Assembly (NCBI GenBank): GCA_011109175.1
Contig: RDEW01000022.1
Coordinates: 477,834-541,833, forward strand
Length of the DNA: 64,000 bases
From: Dicyema japonicum
Taxonomy: Eukaryota > Animalia > Dicyemida
Direction: 5' to 3'
In this document: positions 12,721 to 27,039 of the stretch, in pieces
How positions within the stretch are numbered: the stretch's first letter is position 1
Layout of the letters: each line of letters opens with the position of its first letter
Program-made: the position numbers and the translations under genes
The notes under the pieces: model-generated
Told to the model about the DNA's origin: nothing
The model's database searches: none
Seen by the model: the letters and a program-made list of their open reading frames with translations, nothing else

Positions 12721-13208
12721 TAATTAGGTGACCTCGCCGTGTATCTCTCTTTTTTAATAACTTCCATGAGGAGACTGCGAGTTTAGTCCTTGATCATAAC
12801 ACCAGAGACCACGGTTACACAAACTAACTAATCACGTGATCCCAGCACACACTAGCAGGGACCTCATCTTGCCCCGATGCTCTTCCCTGGACCCCACAGG
12901 TGGTTAATTGGATGAAGTTTAAAGTTAATTATCATGGAAAGGGGTAGGCAAATACTTTTGGTGAAGAGCCACTTTTTGACATTTTTGTAAAATACGAAAA
13001 ATTATATAAGCAAATTTACGACTAAAAATGTAAATTTTTAAATAATTTTACAAAAATACATAAAAATAAATAAATGAAAGAGTTTACTTTTAGTCTTAAA
13101 GAGCCCGCTTTTGCCGACCCGGGATCATGGGGATACTAATGACTAAAAGTCTTAGTTTAAATATCTGTGAATAGAGTTAATGTGAGTTAAATTTGTTAGA
13201 ATATAAGG

Positions 13209-14789
13209 TTAGTAAGTGAAGATCATAATATCTTCATCCCTGCCAATAAAGAAGTTGTTAAAGCTGACAATATTATTAGTTTCCAAATCAATTCCATGAG
13301 TTATCCCGGACTTTGTAGCAAAATCCCTACAAAATAGACAAATTATAACTTTGAAATAGGCTCATTGTTAAAGGGGAGGATCACAAAATAAGACTGAAAG
13401 CCGGCTCTCCCAAGAGTGTAGTACACACTCTCGTGGTCGTAGTAAACCTCAGTTTCTCCCCATTTGATGGATTTTGTATAATATATACGTAGAAGTGATC
13501 TTGTTTTAGAAAGTCCATTAATTTTGGACTCACTGGCTGTTTGAATCTTATAATCAAATTTCCTTACTTTTACTCCATAAGGGAAAAAGTCAGAATTAAA
13601 ACTTTGACTAACATTATTCGCTTTACTAAATCCCCTGTTGGGGGCTTCATCTTCCCAATTCATTAGAGGCTGAGTTCTTGGGTTTGTTTTGTTGACTTGT
13701 GTTGTATTAATGTGTACCTCTCATATTTTGTAATTCTTCCCCGTAATTCAACACAAGCGACCAACCCTGAAATATCATTCGATTGTCCAACTCATTCCTC
13801 GACATTGAGTCCGTTCCCTCAGAACTCTGAGCCTTATGACGACAAATTACCGTATAAGCTCGGTATGGCTTTTGACTGAAGTGATTTCCATTTGCTTTGA
13901 TGTTCTTGACACATTGAGCGGGGGAGACACACTCAAATCTTCCAATTACAAGATCCAACTCCTTGTATTCTTGTTTTGTGGTGGACAATTGCATTCCAAC
14001 AATTCTAAAATGAGAGACACTCATTACACGTCTGATGAGAGGATATTTTTTATTTTCTTATAATTTGATGTAAATGTAGAGTAGTTCTGGTCATTTAAAA
14101 CGATTCCATCCACTTGATCTTTGATTTTGTTCAAAGATCCCTACAGAATTAACAAATCAGAACTTCTAGATCATTGGCAAGTTTGGAAGTATCAAAGCTG
14201 GCCAAGAGTTTCATATCTTTGATTATCAGATCACGAACCATATTGACGAATCCGTTTTGAGAATGAAGCTAAGTCTGGATATGGCCAAGTTGGATATTTT
14301 ATGATGGATTCAAATACGTCGTCCGTCTCAAACGGTTGGATCCAAATTGCCTTGACATTTAATTTGCTCAAATAATCTATTTTTTTAGTGATTCCTTAAA
14401 TTGGTGAGAAATTAAACCGTTAAGATCTCCTTGACCATCTCCGTCGGAATCATAAAAAGCCTTTACATTGATTCTGTAGATCACTGCGTTTTGGTACCAT
14501 TTGATATCTCTGGGTTTTGTGCAGATTGGATTAATGGCCACTTCAGTGATTACAGCAATCAACATTGAACAGAAACCCAGGAAAATAAGCGTAACTAAAG
14601 CAATTCTTGGCTAAAGTTATATCATATAAAAACAATCCTCCAAATTGACTTGTTTGCATATTCCAGAATCTCATTTGTTGTCAGATTACGTTGTTTTGAA
14701 TCCTCGATTTCTGCAACTTTGTTCAAAGCTCGATGGTAGACTTGTTGGCTCGGACTATATTCCATTTCAATGTTTTCAACTTTCGTCAT
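13209..14789 (-). CDS. SLC3 (rBAT/4F2hc)-like amino-acid transporter heavy chain: type II TM helix plus GH13-like ectodomain
   Basis: LTTNEILEYANKSIWRI|PRIALVTLIFLGFCSMLIAVITEVAINPIC (TM helix plus conserved Cys), WYQNAVIYRINVKAFYDSDGDGQGDLNGL, LNYGEE and MNWEDEAPNRGFS. 23-nt intron at 14611-14633; stop at 13209-13211. Confidence 0.82.
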
Positions 14790-15129
14790 AATTTCCTTAC
14801 AATATTTATATTTTCAAAAATTATTAAAAATATTTAAATAAAACAATATTTTTAATAATCAATTTAAGAATTTTCTCAACGAAATTTAAAATTATAAAAC
14901 TTTGTAAATTCGTTTATGGAAAACATATTGTTATAACTGAAATCTGACTTGGACTGAGAAATCAATACTCTCAACCTTTGATTAGTTTTCTGATTAGTGG
15001 TTACGAATCCGCCTTACTATGTCACCATTACATAGACCGCATAAACAATAAGAATATTATAAATTAATACTTTTACTCAAAAATTATTGAAAAAAATAAA
15101 CTTCTAAGAGTTAATAAAGCTTAACATCT

Positions 15130-16490
15130 TCTTTTGGCTCCAGGATTGGTCATTTCCCAAGATCTTTTTTCCATCACTCGTCTCGGCCCATTGTTCGACT
15201 TTTCAAGCGTGTTACCAGTCTCAGTAGGGTTCATTTCATAGTCCTCCTGTCTCTTGGTTTTATCAAAAATATTGTGAGGATATGTATTTTCATCCAAAGA
15301 TTCGCCATTAAATTTCTATTTCTCCGTCTCATGATCATGAAAAAATAAATCATGAAATTTTCGTTATCTTGAGTTTTAATTCCATGTTTATAGTCAACAC
15401 ATATACTTTCAAAGCCACTACAGATTGGACCAAATGGTTCTTCAATTTCCTCGACTGCTTGATTCCGAATTGGCGAAACAGATGAATACATTTTATTACT
15501 TCATTGTGTCTCTTCAAATAATCACTGTTAAGCATTCGTCTGGTTGCCAGATGATCAACTGATTTCTTTGCAGAGTGGCAGTGACTGCAACTTCTCAACC
15601 AGTTTCAAAAAAACAAACTACGGTGTGTACCAAACACAATGTTCCTTCTGAGGGAGGGGAGTTGTTCCCGTGCATTAACCATGTGGATGATTCCGTAATG
15701 TCCGTATCTGTTTCTTGGAAGCATTCAAAGAGAGTTGAATGCAAAGACTTCCTTTTTATTTGTTCCATTAGGTATTTTGTAATCCTATAATTTTAACATT
15801 TAGGCTCTCTGTTGTTCAATGCTATATTTCCGAGTTAGGAATTCTACGATTGTGGCTATATGTGTTTTTTTGATTTAATTACCCGTAGAATTCCTGTTCT
15901 TGGGCACCACTAGGATTTTCTCTCCAGATTCCTGAGAAATTGAAAAAGCATACGTTCGCTCTTATTGGTTATAGAGACCAATCCTCTTCCTAGTTTGTTC
16001 CATGGCATATAAAGTCATTTTTTAATAGAAGGTTTCAGATGAATTCGATGATTTGTAAGTATCCCGCGTATTTTTTTTATCAATGTTCTCGAATTCGTTT
16101 GGATCGATATCGACAAGTCCGATGTAGTAATTATATAATGACAGTTGATGGCCTTGAACATGTTAAGTTTCGTATCTGCTAAATTATTTATTCTCTTGTT
16201 CATCGTATCAAAAATCGCCTTCAATACATCATTCTTCAAAACACTGCTTGACTTATCTTCAAGCACTCCAAGGTAGCGGTAGCCATCAAGTAACCTTGCC
16301 TCCTCAGATAAGCTCTGTACATTTGTTGCTGACTTATCAAAATTATTTTAAAGTCCATCAGCTTCAAAGAAAGCATTGACTTGATTAATAATTCTTACCA
16401 ATCTCTTTATGGGAAAATATTTTTAAATCATCCATAAACAATAGATTATTTGTTGCGTATAAGAGTGACATCCGATCTGGATTGTTAATT
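15130..16490 (-). mobile_element. R4-like RLE non-LTR retrotransposon, 3' half, degenerate
   Basis: KAIN, LYMPWTN, zinc knuckle CSHCHSAKKSVDHLAT and DYLKRHNEVIKCIHL are typical of R4/Dong-type elements. Confidence 0.7.
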
Positions 16491-16639
16491 ATCACTCTCC
16501 GAAATTTTTCATTTAATAATTTGCTTAACACGTCCATCACAAAAACAAAGATCTGAGGGGACAGTAAATCGCCCTGTAGGATCCCCTGAGTCGCCCATTG
16601 TTGGTTGAGTTGGTTGACACCTTTCTCACTGTAATGTCT

Positions 16640-18960
16640 TTATTGTATTCTCGATCAATCCACTCTACGCTTTTTTCCATTACATCTTTCAATGTCAGAG
16701 GAATTGCCTCAAACAGCAAACGGAACATTCTATGTACGGATCTAGAAAAATACAAAACCGGTGTGGCATGTCTGCAAGAGACGAAGGTTACAGAACGAGA
16801 TGTATCTATGACAATAACCGGTTAATCTACTACCATCCGACTCTCGTCATTATGGGATAGGCTTTGCTATACACATTTCAATTGTGGATCGGTTACTCAA
16901 AGTAAGGAGGGTAACAGACCGAATTACTATTATCCAACTTAATATCGGATCACGTAAAAGAGATCGATTATGACTGTCATAAATGTGTAAGCCCCCCCAC
17001 ACACACAGGAAGATTATCAACTTCTATGGATGAGCTTGATGATTTTTATATGAGTTTATCGAAAGTATACTCTCAACTCTGCTCGTCAACGCTAATTTTT
17101 ATTGCGGGAGACAGGAATTCAAAGGCAGGAATTAAACGCAAAGGTGAACTTTGCATTGGTAATCACGGAAGGGGATATCGAAATTCATGTGGAAATTTTA
17201 TGATCGACTTTTGTAATACCTACGATTTGTTTATGTGCAACACGGCCTTTCAGCACGCCGCCCGACACAAGACCACCTGGGTAGGTTGTAAAACAACCAA
17301 AAATGGAGAGGAACAAAAAATATTTAATCGAATAGATTTTATTTTGTGCAAGCAGTCGCACAAGAGAGTATTAGTGGACTCCCGTTCGAATGGAGGAGCA
17401 TTGACAAATAGCGATCACAAGATCGTAGTCTTTCGGTTGAATCTTAGCAGGCTTTTTGGAATATTATATGCGAATTATGCACATCACAGAAAAACACAGA
17501 TGATAGCGTAAAAAGAATTAGTAAATAATCCTGCACTTTTCATGAGATACCAGCAGCGAATGGACCAGTATCTATCCAAAATTTCTATGGATGGCCTACC
17601 CCACATCGTGTGGAAAAGAATCTCTGAAGCCATAATGACGACTGCCGAAGAAACAGCTGGATTTGCGAAAATACTATGAAAGGAAGATATAAAGGAGCAT
17701 ATAACAGTCAATGAATTGTCAATCCGTCAACGAGATATAGGACATCAATTTGAAGCTTGTGATCCTGAACGAAAATCCGAATTAAAAAAATTGCGCAATC
17801 CAACACGAAATTAAGAAGAATGTGCTCATGGTCGGACTTTTTGGACCAACAAATATTGTAAGTGGAAAGATTGCATTCATGTGCAAAAATGTTTATGGCT
17901 GTGCGTTTACTCAAGCGCGGGTCAGCTAAATTCAATTTAAAAATTCAAGATAAGTTCGGTCACTTTGTATTGGACGCTAACCGTTCTGCTGTATTTATAG
18001 CCCATCACTTTAGCAAGCAGTTCAATCGGGAGATCCTTTACCCCTCACACAATTCGAAGGATAGCCTCGTTCACTTAATAATGTGTTTACGGATTCCGAG
18101 ATTCGCGGAGCACTCCTTCATCTGAATGACAACAGAGCAGCTGGCTATGACTATATTTGTGGGGAGTTGTTAAAATACGCACCAACCCAGATAGCAGAAA
18201 ATATAACTTTCATATTTAAAGGAATATTCAGGAATCATTGACATCGCGATGGGAGTTCTACTTTTTTTACAAAAACCTGGCAAACCTGTCGGTCCAATTA
18301 AAAATCTCGGCCGATCGTGCTTTTGACCACATTGTCGATTACAACATTGAATATCAAATTTAGTTGACCAATACTTGTCACCATGTCAAAGCGGATTCAA
18401 AAAGAAGATCAACCGCTGATGTAGTATAAAGTCATCGGTGGCTTACGGCAATATGTCAGAAGTACAGAAAAACAATGCATATTCTGGGAGTCGACTTATT
18501 ATATCCCAGCGAACACAGAAAAGAGGAAAAGGTATCGTCTAATTAAGTGATCCCGGTGTCAGTGCGTCCTTTTGTTTCGACTTTGCAATTTTTTATGATC
18601 GTCCAAAAGGGGGAAAGTTTGCTCACATACTTCTGGTAGGCAAAAAACTCATCTTCAAGGGGGCTACCAGAAGATCGTACCATTTTCAAAAGTTTTTGTT
18701 GTTCGTCACCGAGATTTTCCATAATTTTTTAGAGATCTAATGTGTTCCTCATTTCTGACGTAGGCGTCAATTCACATTTAAGAAAGATCCGGAGGCATTG
18801 GTTTTGTATGACCTCTAATTTGTTCTGCGTGGACAAGGGTGTAGTCGACTTATCCAAAGCATTCGACTGTGTCTGCCAAAATAAACTATTGCAAGTTCTC
18901 AAGGACATAATTGATGAGGACTGTTTCAGAAACGTATTACCTTTCATGCTGATTCCGGAT
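16640..18960 (+). mobile_element. RTE-clade LINE (APE plus RT start), degenerate
   Basis: SFNVRGI, CLQETK, IAGDRNSK, NTAFQH...TTW, RIDFIL, SDHKIV, and RT segment ILGV/DLSKAFD split by a nested insertion. Confidence 0.8.
18500..18842 (-). mobile_element. 5'-truncated Ingi-like 3' fragment inserted in the RTE
   Basis: 11-bp TSD agtcgacttat at 18489-18499 and 18843-18853; protein KLEVIQNQCLRIFLK. Confidence 0.7.
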
Positions 18961-19199
18961 GAACTCTGTTTCTGTAGAAGTGGAAACTGGATACACTTAA
19001 TTAGTTATTTACTTTAATTTCTTTCTCGATGTATCCGGGGTTAATAAATAATAAAGTAGTACAAATGCCGGTTGCTCCCGTAAATTGGGCAGTCTTGGAG
19101 ACGAACATTTTACTAACTCAGGACATTTAAAAAGGTGATTTGCTGTCAGATCGGTCAGGTTACAAAACGAACAGAGGACATCTTTAAATCATCAGTTTA

Positions 19200-19810
19200 C
19201 GTATGTCGGTAGAGATAAGTGGTGGCAACATCGTAGACGAAGGTTTATCCGGATGTCCATCGGAAAAGAGGATTCTGATTCGTCGATTAGAGGAGGGGTT
19301 GGTATAGTATATTATTATAATCGAGTCTTCAAATGATTCTTGTATAAAAATATGTTTAAAACGGGAAGGATTTTTGATTCCATATGAGGATGATCAATGT
19401 TTACCAACAATGGCAGAAGTAATGTCCTCACAACTTTCAATGTGTTGATTTTGTGAGAGACACTTGTTCATTCATGTTTAGAACAAGTCAGTAGTCGAAT
19501 ATGACTCCAAGTATTTTGGGATTTAATGGGATGTGATTGTCCATGAATTGTTAAAATTGGCTGCAAATTTAGTTGGCGAGGGCTGGATGTGAATAAAGTG
19601 ACAGTGGATTTCAATGGAAAAGGAAATTGTTGATTTAGACGAGAGTAGTTCGATTGAAATAATTATGATGCGAAAGAAGGTCACATAACTTTCCATGAAA
19701 TTGACAAAGCGATCTGGGTAGTGGAAGCTGTTAGTGTCTAGTTGTTTAAGTTGAGAGAAGATCGAAATATTTGGAAGCGAAAGGTTTACTCCAATAGCCG
19801 CCATCATCCG
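19200..19810 (-). mobile_element. Degenerate LINE RT C-terminal fragment
   Basis: GVNLSLPNISIF and IPKYLESY..TDL are decayed versions of the GS.LSP.LF and KYLG..D motifs. Confidence 0.45.
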
Positions 19811-20014
19811 ATCCGACTTAATTGTTGAACAGGGGACTAATTGTAGTTCTTTTAGCTATCAGATTGAATTAAAATAAAATTTTCGTCACAAGAAGGTGAA
19901 CCATATCAAAAATTGGTAAAATATTCATTTAATTAAAATGTTTTATTAAATAATATTTTATTTTTAAAGTGGCTTATCAAAATTAAACAATTTATTTAAT
20001 TGTTCTAGTTTTAA

Positions 20015-20204
20015 ATGATGTTATTATTATTGTTAACATTTTTCCCTTTGTTGGTAGAATCTGGATCTGGTTTTTATTTTTATTATTGTAGTTTCTGGAA
20101 AAAAAGATCCCGTTAAATCAAAACATCCTGATGAATATAAATGCTATTTTCATGAGGTGAAGAATGAAGACGGAGAAGTCAGTGTAATTCAAGCTTGTGC
20201 CTAA
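20015..20204 (+). CDS. Putative orphan 55-aa secreted peptide precursor
   Basis: ATG at 20015 and a 22-nt phase-1 GT..AG intron at 20070-20091 give MMLLLLLTFFPLLVESGSVSGKKDPVKSKHPDEYKCYFHEVKNEDGEVSVIQACA*. It has a hydrophobic signal-like N-terminus, a GKK site and two Cys. Confidence 0.55.
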
Positions 20205-20333
20205 TCTATTTATCTTTACTAACATATTTCTTGTTTGATCTAGTCTTAACTCATTATTATCTCTTCATTACGAGCTGTAACTAAAGTCAGAAATTAATAT
20301 TTATAAATACAATCAATAATTAAAATAACACAT

Positions 20334-20419
20334 CCAACCATCCAAAGTGAACTCTTCCGACATTATCGACGTTGCGTTGCCTCTCACGATTGCAACATAG
20401 ATCAACTGGAGAAGCCAAC
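20334..20419 (-). repeat. ~85-bp dispersed structured repeat, copy A
   Basis: Reverse complement of 32204-32289 with a few substitutions. Confidence 0.8.
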
Positions 20420-21351
20420 TATAAAATATTACATTTCTCAGTTGAAAATTTTTAAATACTTTTAGATAAAATCAAGTAAATGCTAAAGTATAAATGATTA
20501 CAGCAAAAAGTGTGGTGCACATTGCCAAACAACTTGCTGGCTAAGGAAAGAGGTTTGATATGTTGACTACATTTTCTATATATGAAAACATTAAAAATTA
20601 GGTCATAATTTGGAATGTTCAATAGAACCATGAACAAATATAATTAGCTTTAATTATATTGATGAAAGCTCTAGTCTTCTTGCATACTAATCAACTAGAA
20701 ACAACTATGTCTAAAATTTAATAAATGCTTACTTATTAAAAAGTTTATCACAAAAACTCAAGTGTCTTTAATTTTGCAACAAATAACTTTTGTTATTTTA
20801 ATTTTCTCAAAGCATATCGATTTAAAACTAGTGATTTCAACTTTAATCTCTTGGTACACCTCAAAGTGAGCTTTTTTTAAAATTTGGGTTAATAAGACCT
20901 GATTCTTTATTTCTAAACTTATTTCCAATTAGTCAATTAATAAGAGGGATAAAGACAATAAGAGTTCAACAATTACCTAACACGAATGTCATCAAAATGA
21001 TCTCAATTTTCAATAACCACATTCTTGTTTTTGATGGTACTAAAGTGTTTTCGAGAACGTCTCTTCAGGTCTGATCGGGATTATCCCTATGAACTTATAG
21101 TTTCCAAATTGATTTCGTATATATTTGTAGAAACACAGAAATTATTACCTGTGGACCTTTCTAAAAAGTGACGAGGATCAACTTTGAAGAAAGATTTTCT
21201 CAATTCTGGAAAGGAACAAAACTTTAGACGAAGGTCTTAACATATGTAATACACTATGAGACAGATCCCAGGTGACTTGATGTCACTAATTGTAGAATAA
21301 ACTTAAAAGTATAACAATTAAGAAAAAACATAACAAAAATAAATTATACAT

Positions 21352-24300
21352 TTATTCCCTTCCATACAGAATAAAACTAAAAATAAGACAAAAGCGAACT
21401 CTAATCCGACAAAGAGACAATTGGAATTAGAAGCAAAAGACTGTATACTACAATCACCAATCTTAAAAGAATCATCACATTGAAAGGTATCATCATTCCA
21501 TAAATGGACAACACCGTCTCTACAGCCAATGACAAAGGTGTTATCTATAAAGGGAATATATTTAACTGCTGTCATATTCTTCCCAGTCAACAAATTCATC
21601 TAAAGTAACAAACACATAAACATGTCTAATCCCTCCCTCAACAATATCCCACACAAACACAGAACCATTAGAACCAACATTAATCAGCATTCCTCCTTGC
21701 ACTGACATATCATCTATTCTCTCCATTAAAGGGGATTCCAATATAAAGGAAGGGAGAATAGTACCTGAAAAACTCACTTGGAAGCACTAACATACCACAC
21801 ACATCATACCATTATAGAACACTTTTTCAAAGCAACAAACAGCAATGACCCCTTCGCAGTCTCACTCTCAATTATCCTATCCACCAAGGATCCACATTCA
21901 TACTTCACTGGAAGTAGTTCTCTCCTAAAAATACCATTACTCTTAACCTCCCCAAGTCCCATACATTAACCACAGAGTAATTGGCATAGTAAAATCTAAT
22001 CCCATCTTCACTTAAACACACAGGAAGGTGAGTCATAGAATTCCTTGGACAATCAGAATAACTTTTAGCAAAATCAACAGATCCATCAGGACTAAATTGA
22101 CCACAATAAACAACAATAAAACACTCATCTTCTTGGAAAATGACTCCCTTATATCGAAAATCAGTGAGCATCCATCACTAGTCATAACCAGGCTCTTCAG
22201 AGTGGGAGGAGTAGTCCAAACTCCGTGTATAAATCGGGAAGCCATGAAAACGCTGAATCTCTCTACATGTTTCAATATCCAACATATAGTTGGTGCAATC
22301 TACATAAATCTAATAGATACCTCTAATGGCACTAAAGAGAAAGTCATCCGTGGCTGCGAGAGACACAATACGTCCTCTTTGTCCTTAATGTCATATATAT
22401 TATCCATAAACATAGAATTCCCACATTTGTCACCCTTAGGTACAAAGTTGATCCTAAATAATTAACCCCCAATATACGTGATAGGCACTTTGTTCCCTCT
22501 ACGACAGTCGGAGACTTTGAATATTTTTACGATCACCCTCCAATTTGGTCATCCTAGATTTATCGATGAAAGGGCCAGCTCTACGATTAGTCGAAGGTAT
22601 ACCCAGATGAATAATAACTGCTTTCCGTCTTCACAGAACTTGGCATGTCAAGGTCTTTAAATATCTGTGGAATTGCTGTCATTCTGCGTTTCTTCTTAAC
22701 ATTCTAATCTCAAACGTGTTGCAAACCTCATCAGGAATTGCCGAAATATCACACTCAATATCGCCTCCAGTCAATTCAGACCTAAAGTTCTCCAGTATTT
22801 CAACACCATCGTTGTTAGTTGCACTGCAAAGTAATAATACAAAAAACCATGTCTTTTCTTCTTCAGACTCATCTTCCAAGTAACTTTCTGACATTAAACA
22901 ATCAAATACCCTCTGAATTGTCCTCAGAGAAATCTCCCGTCATTAGACTAAGGTCAATATCGAGGACGTCATCCTCTCGAGACATCATAGAGACAAGATC
23001 TCCAAGTAGTTGTGCTCTGACACTACTCCGAGCGTTCAATTTAGATATCCTAGCCCTTAGAAGAGCCCCTTCATTCTTGCTGTGTTCCAATTGTACGTTC
23101 TACATATTCAACACAAACATACATAATCAACAATCTGGGCCATCAGATTTATCAACAAAGGTTTTATTTGATTATCATCAATATAGCCTTCCATCATAGA
23201 GGTAACAAACTCCTCCACCGAACTCAAGTCATTCTAATATAAACAAACGTTTTACCTTTTTTGAGAGATAATGATTCAACTGCAATTTTGTGTCATTTAT
23301 TCTTTCAACGAAAAATTCCAAACTCGTCGATAACTGCTCAAGTTTATATTTTTTAGAGGTAATCTTTGTCTTAAATATAAAAATTGATGAAACTGTTTTA
23401 TGAGAGGGAATTTTATCCAAATTTTCTTTAATCTTTAAAATCCGTCGTTTCACAAAATTTTGTTTCTAAAAGTCCCCATATAAGCTACTTTAATCCAACT
23501 GAAGATATCCTTCTCAATCTCGTCTATTTTGACTTGTAGTCCAGAAAACTTGCAAATCCATTCATCTGACATTTTTATTCGTGTATCCACCAATTCTTTA
23601 TTATCCCGTTTTGGTGCTAATGGTCATAAAATATTATACTTTTAGTATTGTTTAAGGTTCTTTGTTTGTTTATTCTTTTTAAATACTCAATCTGAGTTTA
23701 CTATATAAAATACCTCCAGTTGTTTCCGTTTAAGCAAATTATCCTTCTGTTGTACAATCCTCTGGAGATTACGATAGTGAGTCAGTGTCTGTTGGGACGA
23801 CCGTTGTAGTTGGGTTATCTCCCTTGTGTGCCCCACCTGTATTATTCTATTCCTTGAGGAATCCTCACGCATTTTCCTCATCAAATTCACCTTGAAGTGA
23901 GACATGAATATACTTTCACTTTCTTTAGTTCAATTAATTCTGTTTTCATAAGCTGCAAATCTCGTTCCGTAGCTGCGTTTGCCTTTAATGCCATCGTTTT
24001 GTCCCTCAGTAACTTCTTGTATTTCTCCACATTACTCTTCAGGTCTCCAATCTTCCGATCATACTCCTCCTTTAGCTTCTCATGTGAACCCTCTTTTTTG
24101 CCTGATAGTAATAATCTTTCTATACTCATAGGTTTCTTCATCAGTATATCCCTCTCTTTCTCCAAATTCTTTATAGTTTCCAACATTGATGTAATTTCCC
24201 CTCCATATTTAGACTCAATCTCATTCCGACGTTGTTGTGAAGTTTCTATCTGTTTAATCAACTTCTCCTTCATATCAATCTCTTGTGCCAATATAATAAC

Positions 24301-26070
24301 TTGATTTGAATCATCGGAAATATCGCCTTCTGTTATTGTCTCATTAAGTGACTTTTCCACAGCATGTCTAATAAATCAAACGTCCTTACAAATCAGAAAA
24401 TCGCTGAATCTGATAACCTGGAGTTTCCGAGCATCATCTATTAAATGACGGACCTAAATAAATTATAATCAATCAACACCTCATCGTCCTCAATATTAAC
24501 ACAAGATTCGGAAGAATCACGTATTTTCTCAACTCTGCTACATTAGTTATCCCCTACTTTAGAAAAGCAACTTCCTTTAATAATCCACTAATTATTTTCC
24601 GAGAATTAGTATCATGCTCTCCCTCACAAGCTACAGCTCAACACATCAACCACCATTCAAATATTCTTGCAATTTTATGTTCTCCTTTTCATTTTTTATA
24701 TCCTCAATGTTTTGAACAAGTCTTTCATTCTCCATCTTGACATTCTCTAACTCCTCCTCCAATTCCTTCATACGGATTTCGTTACCCCCACACTTATTCT
24801 GTGGTAAATCAACGTAATACAATATTTAGTTCTCTCTTAAGCTCTAATAACTGATCTCTTAAGGAAGCAATCTCTTGCATCTTCAAGTCCTGATTCACCA
24901 CAGCCTTGTTTTCAATATTCTTGGCTCTATTTGCATACTCCAAGGTTCCTGATGTCTCCGCCCAATCTGTCATAGCGGGAGACACACAGGCCAACATAAG
25001 AGTACGACTATTCCCACCCAAAGAATCCTGCAAAATTCGAGTCAACTTCGAGTCTCTGTAAGGCACATAAATTCCATTCCTGGATTTTTCAGCCAAAGCA
25101 GAGATTACATTGCCCAGAGCGAACTGAATAGTCATGAATGATCTACCAGGCCGTAGTTTATACAAATCCCTCTTTAGCACGGTTCCCTGTGGCACCGGTC
25201 CGCTTCAATCGTTCAGACCCAGCCAAGTCCACAAAGTTAAGTTTAGATGTTAGGACTTGCTTGAAATTGCTGCTTCCGTCTTGTACGGGCCTCTCCTGCT
25301 TTATTATTAGAGAGAATATTGCATGAGATCTGGATGACTTTTCATTCATATTGGTGCTCCCGGTAGTCCTTAGAAGGCAACCACCTTTGAGCAGGTCAGT
25401 TACCTACTTTTCAAAAATTTATCCGACCTCCTTAATGCTGCCGACGATTTTAGTAGTTGTCCCCATCAAATATATTCCTCCCTGAATGTCCTCGTGGATC
25501 TTTATTTGCTTCTTGTACCCAGAGTCCAATAGATCGTTTATATCCTCATTGTACAGCTGTTATAATAATTGTCACATACCTCAACAAACTGAATCGATAC
25601 TTGATATGAGATATCTTGTCCCTTCTCAATTTCTGCGTACAAATGACTTAATGCACGTGGGATTATTCCTACAAGATCTTCGGAGAGTTCGAGATCGAAT
25701 GATGATCCCATTGAGTAGGTTTTGCCAGACCCGGTCTAGACGTTAAAAAATCGTCAACTTGACCGTAAGCAATCACAGTAGCATTGTAACCACCGAAGGA
25801 ACTATGTAAACTAAAATCAGTACCCTTCTATCAGATTATGGACAACTTGGTCGTAGATTTCTATCTGTTTAGAGTTTGTGTCAAACACGTGGTCGAATGT
25901 GTAAAACTTATTACCTCCTATCATGACCTGTGAGGTTTCCTTTAATACTTCGACATATAACGGACATTGAGATTCCAATTCAGTTTTGTTTAATGGTCTT
26001 ACTCTGATATATAGTAAATACATTCTTACCTAACTGCCACTTTAACGTTAGTATTGTCTTTCCTGCTCAT
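21352..26070 (-). CDS. KIF21: Kinesin-4 family motor with coiled coil and C-terminal WD40 repeats (KIF21-like)
   Basis: [14 protein letters not shown]|VRPL; P-loop YGQ|TGSGKT reconstructed across introns 25802-25823 (22 nt) and 25736-25758 (23 nt). Also [15 protein letters not shown] and [19 protein letters not shown], a long coiled coil and WD-like repeats (VNVWD, VFVWD, VHLWN). Confidence 0.85.
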
Positions 26071-26279
26071 CACCAGAAAATTACAGTATCAGAGCGCCTA
26101 TTTATTTTTGATTTTAAATAAAATAAAATTATGTATTATTTTTGATAAATTTGATTATTTTGTATTAATGGTGTCATAGGTTTTCATTTTCTGTTAAATT
26201 TTTTTGAGGGAACCATTCTATTGAATATTATTTCCTTCGTGTCAACTCATCTTTTGGACGAATGTCTTGAAGATCTAGC

Positions 26280-26462
26280 CTAGCCGGAGAAGAGCCTCCA
26301 AAATCACGGAACGCTGGATTCCTGGAGAACACAAACCACCAATGTTTCTTGAAGCCTTGATTAGAATGAACCACGGAACGCGCCGTCGTGACTGCGAAGG
26401 TCCAGTCACTCGACCAAGATGAGGTCCATGCTAGAGTGTGCTGGGATTTAGTTAGTTTGTAT
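26280..26462 (+). mobile_element. LINE 3'-end remnant
   Basis: caagatgaggtccatgctagagtgtgctgggattagttagtttgt matches the reverse complement of about 12820-12872. Confidence 0.5.
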
Positions 26463-27039
26463 TCATAAATTATGTCATTAACATCAATTTCGTGATTATT
26501 TAATCAAAAATTTTGTCATTATTATTTTAGAGAATAATCTAATATATAGGATTTCAGTCATCTTTGATTTGTTTTCTTCTATTTTCTTCTAACGATTAAT
26601 ATCTCTTGTGGGGATTTACACTATTAAAAACTACGCTCAAGACTGAATTCATTTTACCAAACAATCATTCTTATAATGTATGATGAGTGAGAATATTTTG
26701 AGTATCTGCGAAAGAAGGGACATCAAAGTAGCTCTTACTAAAAGAATCCCAAATATAGAGTGGTGAACCCTCACTCTAATAATTTTAATAAAAAAATATT
26801 AATTATAACAAATTGCCAAGTTGTTGTTTTGTTTTGTTCATCTATTTTGTTCCTCTTTGTGTTTTTTAGCTCCAGGGAGATTGAATTGTTAGATTACGTC
26901 ATTTGGTTCACCAAAAAATTTAAAATTAAACTCTATCCTATTTTATTTTTTGTATTTTCTTGTTTAATAAACACAGTTTTTTGGAATTTCATGCCAGTTT
27001 TCATGCGTGTGGTGGCATCGCTCACTTGAAGTGTTGGAA

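Noticed and set aside
14377-14565. Bacterial trehalose synthase or alpha-glucosidase horizontal transfer
   Set aside because: The upstream TM helix, conserved Cys and introns identify a metazoan SLC3-type heavy chain.
20430-21320. Possible further small genes between the peptide gene and the kinesin 3' end
   Set aside because: Short open frames and candidate splice sites exist, but I could not build a consistent model or recognise a domain.
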